A stretch of 64,000 nt of DNA from Bryobacterales bacterium (GCA_965242625.1 CBDEST010000005.1:1773632-1837631); one strand, 5' to 3'. Counted from the stretch's first letter, positions 18,912 through 29,140 are shown. Numbers and translations are program-made. The notes: a model not told the origin generated them from the letters alone.

Positions 18912-20207
18912 TCAGTCAAATCCATGGCTTACACCCTTCAACTGAGAACGCACTTGGCCTTGGCCGACGGACTTTGTCAGAATCCGGTAATCGTGTTGTT
19001 CGTGTCGAATCCTTCCTGCGATAATGCTCGGACCAATACCTAGATTCTCCGCATCGATCTGAACAGACTCATCTGAAAGGGCGAAACGTGACATGCAGTT
19101 CTTCCACTGTTCGCTAGGAATCAGGGTGTTGAGTGCGAATTGATCGGCCTCATCTTCAATTGAACTGTGATCACTACCTTGGGTTGGATAGGATTCACTT
19201 TCCGTATCGAAATAATCACATAATCCTCCACCGAACAGGTGCAAGAATATATGGCCAATCTCGTGGAAAAGAACAAACCAGAAATTATCGAGTCGATCAT
19301 GTCGAAGCGTCAAGCCGATGACCGGTCGATTGGTGTCATACAGCATAGCCGCACCATCGAGATGTGACCCCGGCAAATGTTTTTCGATGACACATACGAT
19401 CCCTTTTTGAGCGAGCAGGTTGCATGCATCAAGTGGTCCACTGGGAGATTGCGTGAGGCTCACTAGCTCGGGAAGCCACGTATCGTTCACTTCGAATTCG
19501 GGGACAACGTTATGTGCATGACGTGCTTGAGCGAACTCCAAGACGCGGATTTGCCACGCCAACAGTGCGTACTCGTTCACTTCGGAGATCCGGCGTACTG
19601 TTCTGCGGTTGTAAACAGTTTGAAACTGGCGATGATTGACGCTGAAGAAGTATTCGCGAAGTTTCTTGAGCGGATTCTCGTGGGGTCGACTTTCAAACCA
19701 CTTCCGCCTGATCATCTCTTGATATGGGAACCGCCCCCAGACAATCTCATCAACCTCACCCCACACGTAGGTCGAGTCAATATGGCCTTCTGAAGTCTCC
19801 AAAATGCCATCTACATTGATTTCCACGATACGAGAGATTCTTAGCAACGTATCGAGACTCACTCCCATGTAGTTGCTTTCTTCGAAGCGTTGAATTTGTC
19901 TTGTTGTTGTATCGAGCCGCGAGGCAAGAGCGTCTTGGCTGATGCCAGACCAGATCCGTGCCTTCGCTAGAACTTTCGGTAATTCATCGATGGCAGACGA
20001 TTCTGGGAGCGGAATCTGACGCTGTCTGAGTTGTTGGTACTCAGACATTTCTCCCTCGATATCCGTGATTTGGCTCTTCAGCGCGTCAACTTGAATCGCT
20101 TGCAGCCAAGTCTGGTCAGTCTTGCGCGTGCAAGCGTCCGAGAGCGCAGCCTTCAGCCGTTGAAGTTGAACGCTGGAGACCTTGAATTGATCGTCGGAAT
20201 ATATCAC
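18912..20207 (-). CDS. XRE-type HTH plus ImmA/IrrE (M78) zinc-metallopeptidase domain protein
   Basis: Probable GTG start at 20207, preceded by GAGGGA. HTH region: ARIWSGISQDALASRLDTTTRQIQRFEESNYMGVSLDTLLRI. HEXXH motif: VLFHEIGHIFLH. Lower GC than the flanks. The 588-aa track ORF is extended upstream by open high-GC sequence. Confidence 0.8.
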   Translation of the reverse strand: MIYSDDQFKVSSVQLQRLKAALSDACTRKTDQTWLQAIQVDALKSQITDIEGEMSEYQQLRQRQIPLPESSAIDELPKVLAKARIWSGISQDALASRLDTTTRQIQRFEESNYMGVSLDTLLRISRIVEINVDGILETSEGHIDSTYVWGEVDEIVWGRFPYQEMIRRKWFESRPHENPLKKLREYFFSVNHRQFQTVYNRRTVRRISEVNEYALLAWQIRVLEFAQARHAHNVVPEFEVNDTWLPELVSLTQSPSGPLDACNLLAQKGIVCVIEKHLPGSHLDGAAMLYDTNRPVIGLTLRHDRLDNFWFVLFHEIGHIFLHLFGGGLCDYFDTESESYPTQGSDHSSIEDEADQFALNTLIPSEQWKNCMSRFALSDESVQIDAENLGIGPSIIAGRIRHEQHDYRILTKSVGQGQVRSQLKGVSHGFD

Positions 20208-20439
20208 GGTGTTTCCCTCGTCAGTAGCAATGAGTCTAGGTCGATGTTGATCGCGTATCGACTCTTGACATCGTCGAGACTCGCGGTATGGCTGCCCGGT
20301 GGCAAGACCTGCCAAGGGATGCCATCGATTGAGACTAGCTGTGGGATCACTCATTCGAGGATACACTCCCGATCCGGATTGTGTCAAGCGGCGTTGCTGC
20401 CGCTCTGCCGCCTTGGGATCGTGGGGCCGCGGATGTCCT

Positions 20440-20904
20440 GGCGTAGCGGCACGCGAAGGCCGGAGCGAAAGCGACCGAGCCGAGTGGCTGAACGCACGCC
20501 GGGGCTTGGAGTTGTCCTTTGAGCGCGGTCTGGGGCAGTCCGGCGGCGACCAGGGGCTCCGAGAGCGGAACCGCAAAATCTTCTCTTCGGTTCGCAGAGA
20601 GTTGTTGGCCCAAGCTGAAATGTCCGGTTCCGTCGGGGCCTGCGGCGTCGACCCTTGCGTTGTGGCCGAACCCGCCATCGAGGGGCTCCGTTGCTGAGGG
20701 AAATCGGAAGCACTGGGTGCTGTCTGGGAAATCCGTGCGCTTCCCGAATGGGGGGCTGTGGATGGACTACGGCTTCACACGCCTGAGTGTGCGGAAGCGT
20801 AGCTTCGCGTGAGCGAAGGCATGACCTCGAACGAGAGCCGCGTGCCGGCAGTCCGTACGCCCGGTTCGACGAGCGGGGAGCGGAAACGTAGTCAAGGTGG
20901 AGAC
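20440..20904 (+). repeat. group II intron relic R0 (5'-truncated, ORF-deleted), upstream of array gene 1
   Basis: Same unit as the spacers between array genes. It contains an intron-protein C-terminal remnant (GKSVRFPNGGLWMDYGF), a degenerate domain V at 20835-20867 (GAGCCGCGTGCCGGCAGTCCGTACGCCCGGTTC), and a domain VI-like segment ending GGTGGAGAC. Confidence 0.65.
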
Positions 20905-21142
20905 TGAGGTGCCGGCACAGGGTCGATAGCTGTCGGAAGCTGTCGGGGAACTGCTACCCCCTCCATCCTCGGTAAGCGAGCCTCTCGTTGGCTTCACCTC
21001 AGAAACCAGACGATCCGCGGGATCCGTCTCCCGTGCTGGCAGTACGCCAGCGCGCAGGCGCGCCACGGGGGTGCGATAATCACGGCGATCGTCGGCCAGC
21101 CGCCCGCGGCCGCTTGCGGAAGCGCGGCCCAGCGATGACTCC

Positions 21143-23410
21143 ATGCCGAGCACGGATCCCGGGCGGCGCGACGCCTTGCCAGTCGGCACGGTCCTGCGTG
21201 AGTTCACGATCCAAGCGGTGCTCGGGCACGGGGGCTTCGGGATCGTCTACCGGGCCGGGCACAACGAACTGGACCTGACGGTCGCGATCAAGGAATACCT
21301 GCCAGTCGAGCTGGCCGTGCGGGAAGGCACGGCCGTGCAGCCGCGGAGCGGGACGGAGCGCAAGGACTTTGAGGAGGGGCTGCGCCGGTTCCGGGACGAA
21401 GCACAAGCGCTGATCGATTTCGACAGCCATCCGAGCATCGTGTCGTGCCGGGAGTTCTTTCGGGCGCACGGGACGGCGTATCTGGTGATGGCGTACGAGG
21501 AGGGGCAGTCGCTGGCGGAAGTGCTGGCAAGCCGGGAAGCGGAGGGACGGCCGTTCGGGGCGGCGGACTTGCTGGGGGTGATGCAGCCGGTGCTGGAGGG
21601 GTTGGAGCGCGTCCACGCAGAGGGGGTGCTGCATCGGGATATCAAGCCGTCGAACATTTTGATCCGGCGACTGGACGGGCGGCCGGTGCTGATCGACTTC
21701 GGTGCGGCGAAGCAGGCCACGGCGAGATTCAGCAAGTCGCAGGCACCGTACACGGAAGGGTACGCGGCATTGGAGCAAGTGGCGGACGCAGGGAAGCTTG
21801 GTCCGTGGACGGACATGTACGGGGTGGGAGCGGTGATGTGGCGGATGGTGGCGGGCGGGAAGCGGCCGTGGGAGCCGCAGCATCCGGTGCGCGTGGAACA
21901 GCGCTCGCATGCGGTGGTAGGGGGAACGGAAGACCCGATGCCATCGGCGAGGGAGCTGGGCGAGGGTCGGTTTCCGACGCAGATGCTGGAGGTCATCGAC
22001 CGGTGCTTGCGGCTGCGTGAAGGGGAACGGATGCAAGGGTCGCGCGAGCTGCTGGAGGCTCTTCGCGAGGTGAGCGAGCTGCCACCGGTAGACGGCGCAG
22101 AGTCCGCTCGGCCGCTGGACGAGCGAACTGGATCCAAGCGACAGGAACCGGGATCGCATGCGGTGTCAACGGCTCAAGTGTCGCGAACAGGGTGGCGACG
22201 GGGTGGGTGGATTGCGCTGGCGAGTTCGATGGTCGGACTGGGGCTGGTGACTGCCACATGGTGGGGTTTCGATTCGGAGGAAACGGTACGGGATCAAGCC
22301 CCCGCTGGAGCCTCGGATGGCATTGGTGGCGAGATTGCGGTCCCGGAGCGAGGGGAGCCGGTGGATTCGGTTCCGAATCCCAACCAGCCGACAGAGAAAC
22401 CGGAGTCTCCGCCGGAAGCCGGCGGAAAGGGTCGGGATCTGGATCCGACGGGATCGGATCCAGAAGCTGAGAGCGGACGGGATGGCGAAGACAAACTTGA
22501 AGTGCGGCCGGAGGGGGCGCAGGACGGGTTCGTGGAGCCCTGGATCCGGGATTGGGATGCTTTGGGAGACATCCGAGATCCGGGATTCGCCGCGACGGCG
22601 CGGGCGTACATCGAACGGTACAAGGAGGTGCCTGAGGCGAGCGTGTGGGTAGCCAAGGCGCAAGGGCTGCTGGCCGAGCTGACGGAGTTGGCAGCAGCGA
22701 GTCCTACGCCACGCGAGGCAGGCGAGTCGTGGATGAATTCGTTAGGCATGGAGTTCGTCTGGATTCCGGTGGGGAACTTCCTGATGGGCTCACCGATGGA
22801 CGAAGCGGATCGTCTCACCGACGAGCGTCAGCATGGGGTTCGGATCAACCAGGGGTTTTGGATGAAGAAGCACGAGGTGACGCAGGGGGAGTGGGTGGCG
22901 GTGATGGGAACGAATCCATCGTATTCTTCCGATTGCGGTCCGAGGTGCCCAGTGGAACAAGTTTCTTGGGTCGACACGCAAGAGTTCACCCGGAGGTTAC
23001 ACTCGCGGGAATCCGGGAGCGGGTACGTGTACCGATTGCCAACAGAGGCGGAGTGGGAGTACGGGGCGCGGGCCGGGACAACCGGGGCGCGTTACGGGGA
23101 ATTGGACGCGATAGCGTGGCATCAGGGTAACAGCGGCGGCAGGACGCATCCGGTGGGCCAGAAGCAGGCAAACGCGTGGGGCTTGCACGACATGCTAGGA
23201 AACGTGTGGGAGTGGGTGGGAGATTGGTACGGCGTGTATCCGTCTGTTCCGGTAACGGATCCCAGAGGGCCCGAGGCGGGCTCGCGCCGGGTGGCTCGGG
23301 GCGGCGGCAGGTTCCTCAACGCGAATGGCGTTCGGTCGGCTTCTCGCTTCGGCAACTCGCCCGGCCGCCGCCACTTCTACATCGGCTTCCGCCTGGTCAG
23401 GACAGAGTGA
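21143..23410 (+). CDS. Ser/Thr protein kinase - TM - linker - FGE-sulfatase (CLec-fold) protein, array copy 1
   Basis: 755 aa. Kinase motifs: GHGGFGIVYRA, VAIKEY, HRDIKPSNILI, DFGAAK. TM helix: WIALASSMVGLGLVTATWW. FGE-sulfatase motifs: MEFVWIPVGNFLMGSP, EVTQGEWVAVMG, YRLPTEAEWEYGARAG, GNVWEWVGDWY, RGGG, IGFRLVRTE. Variable block at 23285-23383. Confidence 0.9.
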   Translation: MPSTDPGRRDALPVGTVLREFTIQAVLGHGGFGIVYRAGHNELDLTVAIKEYLPVELAVREGTAVQPRSGTERKDFEEGLRRFRDEAQALIDFDSHPSIVSCREFFRAHGTAYLVMAYEEGQSLAEVLASREAEGRPFGAADLLGVMQPVLEGLERVHAEGVLHRDIKPSNILIRRLDGRPVLIDFGAAKQATARFSKSQAPYTEGYAALEQVADAGKLGPWTDMYGVGAVMWRMVAGGKRPWEPQHPVRVEQRSHAVVGGTEDPMPSARELGEGRFPTQMLEVIDRCLRLREGERMQGSRELLEALREVSELPPVDGAESARPLDERTGSKRQEPGSHAVSTAQVSRTGWRRGGWIALASSMVGLGLVTATWWGFDSEETVRDQAPAGASDGIGGEIAVPERGEPVDSVPNPNQPTEKPESPPEAGGKGRDLDPTGSDPEAESGRDGEDKLEVRPEGAQDGFVEPWIRDWDALGDIRDPGFAATARAYIERYKEVPEASVWVAKAQGLLAELTELAAASPTPREAGESWMNSLGMEFVWIPVGNFLMGSPMDEADRLTDERQHGVRINQGFWMKKHEVTQGEWVAVMGTNPSYSSDCGPRCPVEQVSWVDTQEFTRRLHSRESGSGYVYRLPTEAEWEYGARAGTTGARYGELDAIAWHQGNSGGRTHPVGQKQANAWGLHDMLGNVWEWVGDWYGVYPSVPVTDPRGPEAGSRRVARGGGRFLNANGVRSASRFGNSPGRRHFYIGFRLVRTE

Positions 23411-23698
23411 CACTTGGTGCTATTACCCTTTCACCCTTGGGCGCGCAATGCGCGAGGAGTGCGTGCGTCGGCCAGCGAAGGTCGGAGCGAAAGCGACCGA
23501 GCCGAGCGGCAGAACGCATGCCAGGGCTTGGAGTTGTCCCTTGATTGCGGTCCGGGGCAGTCCAGCGGCGATCGGGGTCTCCGAGAGCGGAACCGCAAAA
23601 TCTTCCCTCCGGTACGCAGAGAGCTGTTGGACCAAGCTCAAGTGTCCGGTTCCGTCGGGGCCTGTGGCGTCGGCCCTTGCGTTGTGGCCGAACCCTCC

Positions 23699-25421
23699 CC
23701 TAGTTCCCGGATAAGAAATGTTTTGGACATGCTGAACACGCTTGTGTTGTAATGGTTTGCAGGGTTCCCCACGCCGCTCGTTTTTTCACCTCCGGGGTGA
23801 ATTTTCCGCGCCGGTCCGGAGCCCCGCTCACGATGCCTGCTGACAAAGCTCCCAAACTCTCTTACGGTATCTGCGACGGTCTGCTGACCGGCCTCGCCGG
23901 GCTGCCGGCGCTCGCCCGCTTGGCGCGGTCCCTCGGCCTGCCGTGGTTGCTGCAACAGTACGTCCAGATCAAGGTCCGGCAGCGCGGCTGCAGCGACGCC
24001 CAGAACCTGCTGAGCTTGATCTTCGGGCTCGCCACCGGCGGCGGGCACCTCAACACCGTCGACGCCCTGGCCGCGGACGAGGCCGCCTGCGAGGGCGCGG
24101 GGCTCGCGGGCGCCGTGCCCGACAGCCGCCGCCTCGGGGAGTACTTGACGCGCTTCAGCGCCAAGGCCCTGGACGGGTTGCAAGCCTGCGTGCGGGCGGT
24201 CAGCGCGCAAGTCGTGCCGCCGATCGCCGCCGCCTGCGGGAAGGAGCTGGGCTACGTGCCGGTGTTCATCGACGGCACGGGCATCGAGGTGCAGGGCAAG
24301 CAGTTCGAGGGCGCCGCGGTGGGCTACAACGGGGAGCGGCAGTACTGGCTGCATTCGGTGTTCGTGGGGCGGGCATGGGTCAGCGCGCGGCTGAACGAGG
24401 GCGGCACGGACGTGAAAGGGGACTTCGCCGAGCAACTGGCGGCGGACGTGGACCCGTTGGAGCTGGGGCCGGATCCGGTGTGGGCGCGTGCGGACGCGGC
24501 GTACTACTGCTGGGAGTTCGTGAAGGCCTGCACGGATCGCGGCTGGGACTACTCGGTGAGCGTGACGGACCGGAACAAGAAGGCGCCGGTGCTGCGGATC
24601 GTGGAAGCCAAGAAGTTCGCGGAAGCGGACTGGGAGCCGGTGGACGAGCGGGGCGTCGAGCGCGCGGTGACGGTCAAGTACCAGCCGAGCAAGTGGGAGG
24701 AGAAGCAAGTCTACGTGGTGATCCGGCGGGACCGGGACGGGGCGCAGGAGCTGCTGGAGCCGGTGTACACGGTGATCCTGGTCAGCCGGGACGACTTGCC
24801 GGCGGGCGAGCTGGTGCGGCGGCACCGGGCCAAGCAGGGCCAGGAGAACGCGTTCAAGGGCCCGCTGACGGAACTGGGGCTGCACCATCCGCCGTGCCAC
24901 TCGTACACGGCCAACCAAGCGTTCTACTGGTGCGGGCAGATCGCGCAGTTGCTGCTGCTGATGCTGCAATACCAGGTGCTGCCGGAGAAGGCGCGCCGGC
25001 ACGGGCTGGGGCCGCTGATCCGGGACTTCGTGCGCAGCGTGGGGCTGTTGCAGAAGCGCGGGCGGGGTCGGAAGCTGCTGTTCGGGACGTGCAACTGCCG
25101 CCTGGGCTGGCTGCTGCAGGCGGCGCAGATGGAACCGGGCTGAGGGGGCGGCGGCGGGAGCCGCCGCCACGGAACGACAGGGTAGCCCGGGCAGCTGACA
25201 GGGGAGTCGGCGGGGAGCGGTGCGCCTGCGTGGCAGGGCGGAGTGCGTGCATGGAGGCAACGAGGTCTCGAACAGCCTCCGAGACACCGGCAACCGAGTG
25301 CCGGAGACCATCCGGGGAGCCTCTCGCGCTCAGAAACTGGATCGTATACGGCCGGAGACCGGCTTGGTTAGAGCCAGATACCGGAAAATCCCGGATTGGC
25401 CAGAATTAAGCGGGGATTTGG
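23699..25421 (+). mobile_element. IS element, IS1380-family-like (1723 bp)
   Basis: It interrupts the conserved spacer. A 9-bp direct repeat GAACCCTCC flanks it (23690-23698 and 25422-25430). The ends CCTAGTTCCCGGATAAG... and ...CTTAAGCGGGGATTTGG are weakly inverted-repeat. It holds a single transposase ORF. Confidence 0.75.
23752..25143 (+). CDS. DDE transposase (IS1380/IS4-superfamily-like)
   Basis: 463-aa ORF; an alternative start MPADKAP is at 23833. N-terminal LTGLAGLPALARLARSLGL ... and C-terminal RRHRAKQGQENAFKGPLTELGLHHPPCHSYTANQAFYWCGQIAQLL fit the Y-R-E-K region of IS1380-type transposases as I recall it. Confidence 0.8.
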   Translation: MVCRVPHAARFFTSGVNFPRRSGAPLTMPADKAPKLSYGICDGLLTGLAGLPALARLARSLGLPWLLQQYVQIKVRQRGCSDAQNLLSLIFGLATGGGHLNTVDALAADEAACEGAGLAGAVPDSRRLGEYLTRFSAKALDGLQACVRAVSAQVVPPIAAACGKELGYVPVFIDGTGIEVQGKQFEGAAVGYNGERQYWLHSVFVGRAWVSARLNEGGTDVKGDFAEQLAADVDPLELGPDPVWARADAAYYCWEFVKACTDRGWDYSVSVTDRNKKAPVLRIVEAKKFAEADWEPVDERGVERAVTVKYQPSKWEEKQVYVVIRRDRDGAQELLEPVYTVILVSRDDLPAGELVRRHRAKQGQENAFKGPLTELGLHHPPCHSYTANQAFYWCGQIAQLLLLMLQYQVLPEKARRHGLGPLIRDFVRSVGLLQKRGRGRKLLFGTCNCRLGWLLQAAQMEPG

Positions 25422-25888
25422 GAACCCTCCATCGGGGCGGGCTCCCTTGCTAGGGAAAATCGGAAGCACTGGGTGCTGTCCGGGAAGCCCGCGCGCTTCG
25501 CGGGGGAGAGGCTGTGGATGGACTACGGCTTGGTACGCCTGAGGGAGCGGAAGCGTAGCTGCGCGTGAGCGAAGGTCGGATCTGGAACGAGAGCCGTGTG
25601 CGGGAAATCCCCACGCTCGGTTCAAAGAGCGGAGAACGGAAACGTAGTCAAGGTGGAGACTGAGGCACCGGCACAGGGGCGAGAGCTGTCGGAGAACTTC
25701 AACTCCCTCCATCGTCGACTAGAGTGCCTTGCTTTGGCTCCGCCTCAGAAACCCGGCGACTCCCGGGATCCGTCTCTCGCGCTGGCAGTACGCCAGCGCG
25801 GAGGCGAGCCGCTGGGGTGCGATAATCACGGCAATCGTCGGCCAGCCGCCCGCGGCCGCTAGCGGAAGCGCGGCCCAGCGATGACTCC

Positions 25889-27733
25889 ATGCCGAGCGCG
25901 GATCACGGGCGGCGCGACGCCTTGCCAGTCGGCACGGTCCTGCGGGAATTCACGATCCAAGCGGTGCTCGGACACGGGGGCTTCGGGATCGTCTACCGGG
26001 CCGGGCACAACGAACTGGAGCTGACGGTCGCGATCAAGGAATACCTGCCGGTGGAACTGGCCGTGCGGGAAGGCACGGCCGTGCAGCCGCGGAGCGGGAC
26101 GGAGCGCAAGGACTTCGAGGAAGGGCTGCGACGGTTCCGGGACGAAGCGCAAGCGCTGATCGATTTCGACAGCCATCCGAGCATCGTGTCGTGCCGGGAG
26201 TTCTTTCGGGCGCACGGGACGGCGTATCTGGTGATGGGGTACGAGGAGGGGCAGTCGCTGGCGGAACTGCTGGCAAGGCGCGAAGCGGAGGGACGGCCGT
26301 TCGCGGCGGCGGACTTGCTGGGGGTGATGCAGCCGCTGCTGGAGGGGTTGGAGCGTGTCCACGTAGCGGGGGTGCTGCATCGGGATATCAAGCCGTCGAA
26401 CATCCTGATCCGGCGGCGGGACGGGCGGCCGGTGCTGATCGACTTCGGAGCGGCGAAGCAGGCCACGGCGAGATTCAGCAAGTCGCAGGCGCCGTACACG
26501 GAGGGGTACGCGGCTTTGGAGCAAGTGGCGGACGTGGGGAAGCTGGGACCGTGGACGGACATGTACGGAGTGGGAGCGGTGATGTGGCGGATGGTGGCGG
26601 GCGGGAAGCGGCCGTGGGAGCCGCCGCATCCGGTCAGGGTGGAACAGCGCTCGCATGCGGCGTTAGGCGGAACGGAAGACCCGATGCCGTCGGCGAGGGA
26701 GTTGGGTAAGGGGCGGTTTCCGTCGCCGATGCTGGAGGTCATCGACCGGTGCTTGCGGTTGCGGGAGACGGAACGGATGCAAGGGTCGCGCGAGCTGCTG
26801 GAGGCTCTGCGCGAGGTGAGCGAGCTGCCACCGGCAGGGTCTTCAGGGGCCGCTCGGCCGCTGGCCGGGCGAACTGGAGGTAAGCGACAGGAACCGGGAT
26901 CGCATGCGGTGCCAGCACGGGCAGAGTCGCGCGCAGGGTGGCGACGGGGTGGATGGGTCGCGCTGGCGAGTTTGGTGGTCGGGCTGGGGTTAGTGGTTGC
27001 CACATGGTGGAGTTTCGGTTCTGAGGAAACGCAGCGCGAAGCAGGCGCGTCGGGGATGAATTCGCTAGGCATGGAGTTCGTCTGGATTCCGGCGGGAACC
27101 TTCCTGATGGGCTCGCCAGAGGATGAAGAGGGTCGTTTTCCCGACGAGCGTCAGCATGAGGTGCGGATCAGCGAGGGATTCTGGATAGGGAAGCACGAGG
27201 TGACGCAAGGGGAGTGGGTGGCGGTGATGGGAACGAATCCGTCGCATTTTTCCGATTGCGCTCCGCAGTGCCCCGTGGAGGAAGTGTCGTGGGACGATAC
27301 GCAGGAGTTCATACGGAGGTTGAACGGGTGGGTGTCGCGTCGTGCCTACATGTACCGGCTACCGACGGAGGCGGAGTGGGAATATGCGGCTCGGGCCGGG
27401 ACGACTGGAATCCGCCATGGGAAGTTGGACGAAATCGCGTGGCACAGAGACAATAGCGGCAATGGGACGCAGCCGGTTGGCCAGAAGCGGACTAACGCGT
27501 GGGGCTTGCACGACATGCTGGGAAACGTGTGGGAGTGGGTGGGAGACTGGTACGGCGAGTATCCGTCAGGTCCGGTGACGGATCCCGGAGGTCCCGAGTC
27601 GGGCTCGGGCCGGGTGCTTCGGGGCGGCGGCTGGAACCGCCTCGCGAGGTACGTTCGATCAGCTTCTCGCAGCAGCTCCTCGCCCGGCTACCGCAGCAGC
27701 TCCGTCGGCTTCCGCTTGGTCAGGACAGAGTGA
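25889..27733 (+). CDS. Ser/Thr kinase - TM - FGE-sulfatase protein, array copy 2 (short form lacking the acidic linker and helical segment)
   Basis: 614 aa with the same kinase and FGE motifs. The TM helix WVALASLVVGLGLVVATWW is followed almost directly by the FGE domain. Variable block at 27608-27706. Confidence 0.9.
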   Translation: MPSADHGRRDALPVGTVLREFTIQAVLGHGGFGIVYRAGHNELELTVAIKEYLPVELAVREGTAVQPRSGTERKDFEEGLRRFRDEAQALIDFDSHPSIVSCREFFRAHGTAYLVMGYEEGQSLAELLARREAEGRPFAAADLLGVMQPLLEGLERVHVAGVLHRDIKPSNILIRRRDGRPVLIDFGAAKQATARFSKSQAPYTEGYAALEQVADVGKLGPWTDMYGVGAVMWRMVAGGKRPWEPPHPVRVEQRSHAALGGTEDPMPSARELGKGRFPSPMLEVIDRCLRLRETERMQGSRELLEALREVSELPPAGSSGAARPLAGRTGGKRQEPGSHAVPARAESRAGWRRGGWVALASLVVGLGLVVATWWSFGSEETQREAGASGMNSLGMEFVWIPAGTFLMGSPEDEEGRFPDERQHEVRISEGFWIGKHEVTQGEWVAVMGTNPSHFSDCAPQCPVEEVSWDDTQEFIRRLNGWVSRRAYMYRLPTEAEWEYAARAGTTGIRHGKLDEIAWHRDNSGNGTQPVGQKRTNAWGLHDMLGNVWEWVGDWYGEYPSGPVTDPGGPESGSGRVLRGGGWNRLARYVRSASRSSSSPGYRSSSVGFRLVRTE

Positions 27734-27774
27734 CACTGGATGCTATTACCCTTTCACCCTCGGCTACGCACAGA

Positions 27775-28034
27775 GGGCGTCGGTCGGTCAGCGAAGGCCG
27801 GAGCCAGAGCGACCGAGCCGAGCGGCAGAACGCACGCCAGGGCCTAGACTGTCCCTAGATCGCGGGTCTGGGAAGTCCGGCGGCGATGGGGGTCTCCGAC
27901 GACGGCAGTTCGAGTCTTCTCTTCCAGTCGGTAGTCAATGGACTGCTGGAGCAACGCTGAAAGGTCCGGTTCGGTCGTGGCCTGCGGCGTCGGCCCTTCC
28001 GTTGCAGTTGAACCCTAATCGGGGGGCTCCGTAG
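27775..28034 (+). repeat. group II intron relic R2, 5' half only (3' half replaced by the higBA module)
   Basis: It aligns with the first ~260 nt of the standard relic. Homology ends at ...GGGGGGCTCCGTAGCCAAGG, where the higB reading frame opens. Confidence 0.5.
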
Positions 28035-28307
28035 CCAAGGAAAGTCGGAACTACCAAGAAATTCGCCAAGGGTGATCGCCGCCGCTTTCAGAGCCCGCTC
28101 GCAGACAAGATCGATGAGATACTGACGCTCTTGGAGTCCGGTGCCACCCCGGTGGAGTTGGAAGAGAATGGCTGTCAGATCCATCGACTGACCGGCGACC
28201 GCAAGGGTGCCTACGCCGTCGCGGTCTCGGCCCGCTACCGCATCGTCTTCCACTACGAGGACGGTAACGTCTATGATGTGGAAGCGGTCGACTACCGCAA
28301 GAGTTGA
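28035..28307 (+). pseudogene. higB: HigB/RelE-like toxin lacking its N-terminus and any start codon
   Basis: The open frame runs from the TAG at 28032-28034 to the TGA at 28305-28307: TKKFAKGDRRRFQSPLADKIDEILTLLESGATPVELEENGCQIHRLTGDRKGAYAVAVSARYRIVFHYEDGNVYDVEAVDYRKS. The HigB hallmarks LxGDRKG ... RIxF ... DYH/R are present. There is no ATG, GTG or TTG near the 5' end, and ~10-15 N-terminal residues present in the 18.5-kb copy are missing. Confidence 0.6.
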
Positions 28308-28321
28308 GAAAGGATGATCCA

Positions 28322-28744
28322 ATGGAACCGGACATCAACCGAGCGGATCCGCCGCCCGAGCTGTACGCCATCGACGGTGCCGTGCCGGCCGCAGTGCTCG
28401 AGGCGCACGTCGAGTGGCTGCGCCGCAACCCCATGCACCCCGGGCGGCTCATCGCCGGCACCTGCGAGCGCAAGTCTCTCAGCACGGCGGAGGCCGCTGC
28501 GCTGTTTGGCATCGCGTGCGCGGACTTGACCGAGGTGATCGAGGAACGGGCACCCGTCACGCCCGAACTCGCCCTGCGGATGGAAGCGGCAAGCTGGTTG
28601 AAGGCCGCTACTTGGATGCGTTCGCAGAGTGCCTACGATCTCGCGCAAGCGCGGAGGAGACTCGAGCGCACCGGGGCGATCCCTGCGGCGGCGGCCCCTG
28701 CACGGCAGCAAGCCAGCACCATGGAGTCCGCAGCCGCGCGCTGA
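28322..28744 (+). CDS. higA: HigA-family HTH antitoxin
   Basis: ATG at 28322 with AGGA 7 nt upstream. HPGRLIAGTCERKSLSTAEAAALFGIACADLTEVIEERAPVTPELALRMEAASW is the HTH region. It lies immediately after the higB remnant. Confidence 0.7.
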   Translation: MEPDINRADPPPELYAIDGAVPAAVLEAHVEWLRRNPMHPGRLIAGTCERKSLSTAEAAALFGIACADLTEVIEERAPVTPELALRMEAASWLKAATWMRSQSAYDLAQARRRLERTGAIPAAAAPARQQASTMESAAAR

Positions 28745-29140
28745 GCTAGCGATTCAGGCGCGACGGGGGCTGCATGGGCACCTGCGGAGAGCACACACGG
28801 CTTACCTCGCGGTGAGCCTGCCGGGCACGATCTCGTCGGAGGCCTTGGCATCCTCATCAAGGGCCGGACATGAGTGTCGCGGCAAGGATTCGCGTCCGCC
28901 ACAAGAGCACCTGCGCGGTATCCTGGCGGGCCTCAACTCGGAGATGACTCCCGGGCACCCATTGGCTGCGCGGCACGCTCGCCGCGCAGCTCGGCGGCGC
29001 ATGGACAGCGCCCCGTGGATCCAAGCCGCGGGCTAGCTGGAGCACTACGAAGAAGCTCACCGGCAGAGACCTGCGCGGCATTCCTGACCGCAACCGCCCA
29101 GACCGAGACTCCAATACACGCTCCAGCTCTATCGCGAGCT

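Larger units (their letters stand above)
23457..25660 (+). repeat. group II intron relic R1, split by the IS at 23699-25421
   Basis: The left part (23457-23698) and right part (25422-25660) rejoin to the standard spacer sequence. Domain V is at 25591-25623 (GAGCCGTGTGCGGGAAATCCCCACGCTCGGTTC). Confidence 0.6.

Noticed and set aside
17670-18925. 405-aa, 239-aa and 185-aa minus-strand ORFs spanning the higBA region.
   Set aside because: They are read-through of the short higA and higB frames into open high-GC sequence. Only the HigA (17786-18229) and broken HigB segments show family motifs.
21080-22159. Long minus-strand and alternative-frame ORFs overlapping every kinase gene (for example 21080-22159, 25993-27072, 38655-40496, 52327-53727 and 57740-59065).
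   Set aside because: Their Arg/Pro/Ser/Ala-rich, low-complexity translations carry no motifs. They mirror the conserved plus-strand kinase ORFs, which is typical stop-poor antisense reading in high-GC DNA.
23638-25409. 557-aa minus-strand and 488-aa plus-strand ORFs across the IS1380-like element.
   Set aside because: They are alternative frames of the transposase gene with Arg/Pro/Gly-rich translations. The 23752-25143 frame carries the transposase motifs.
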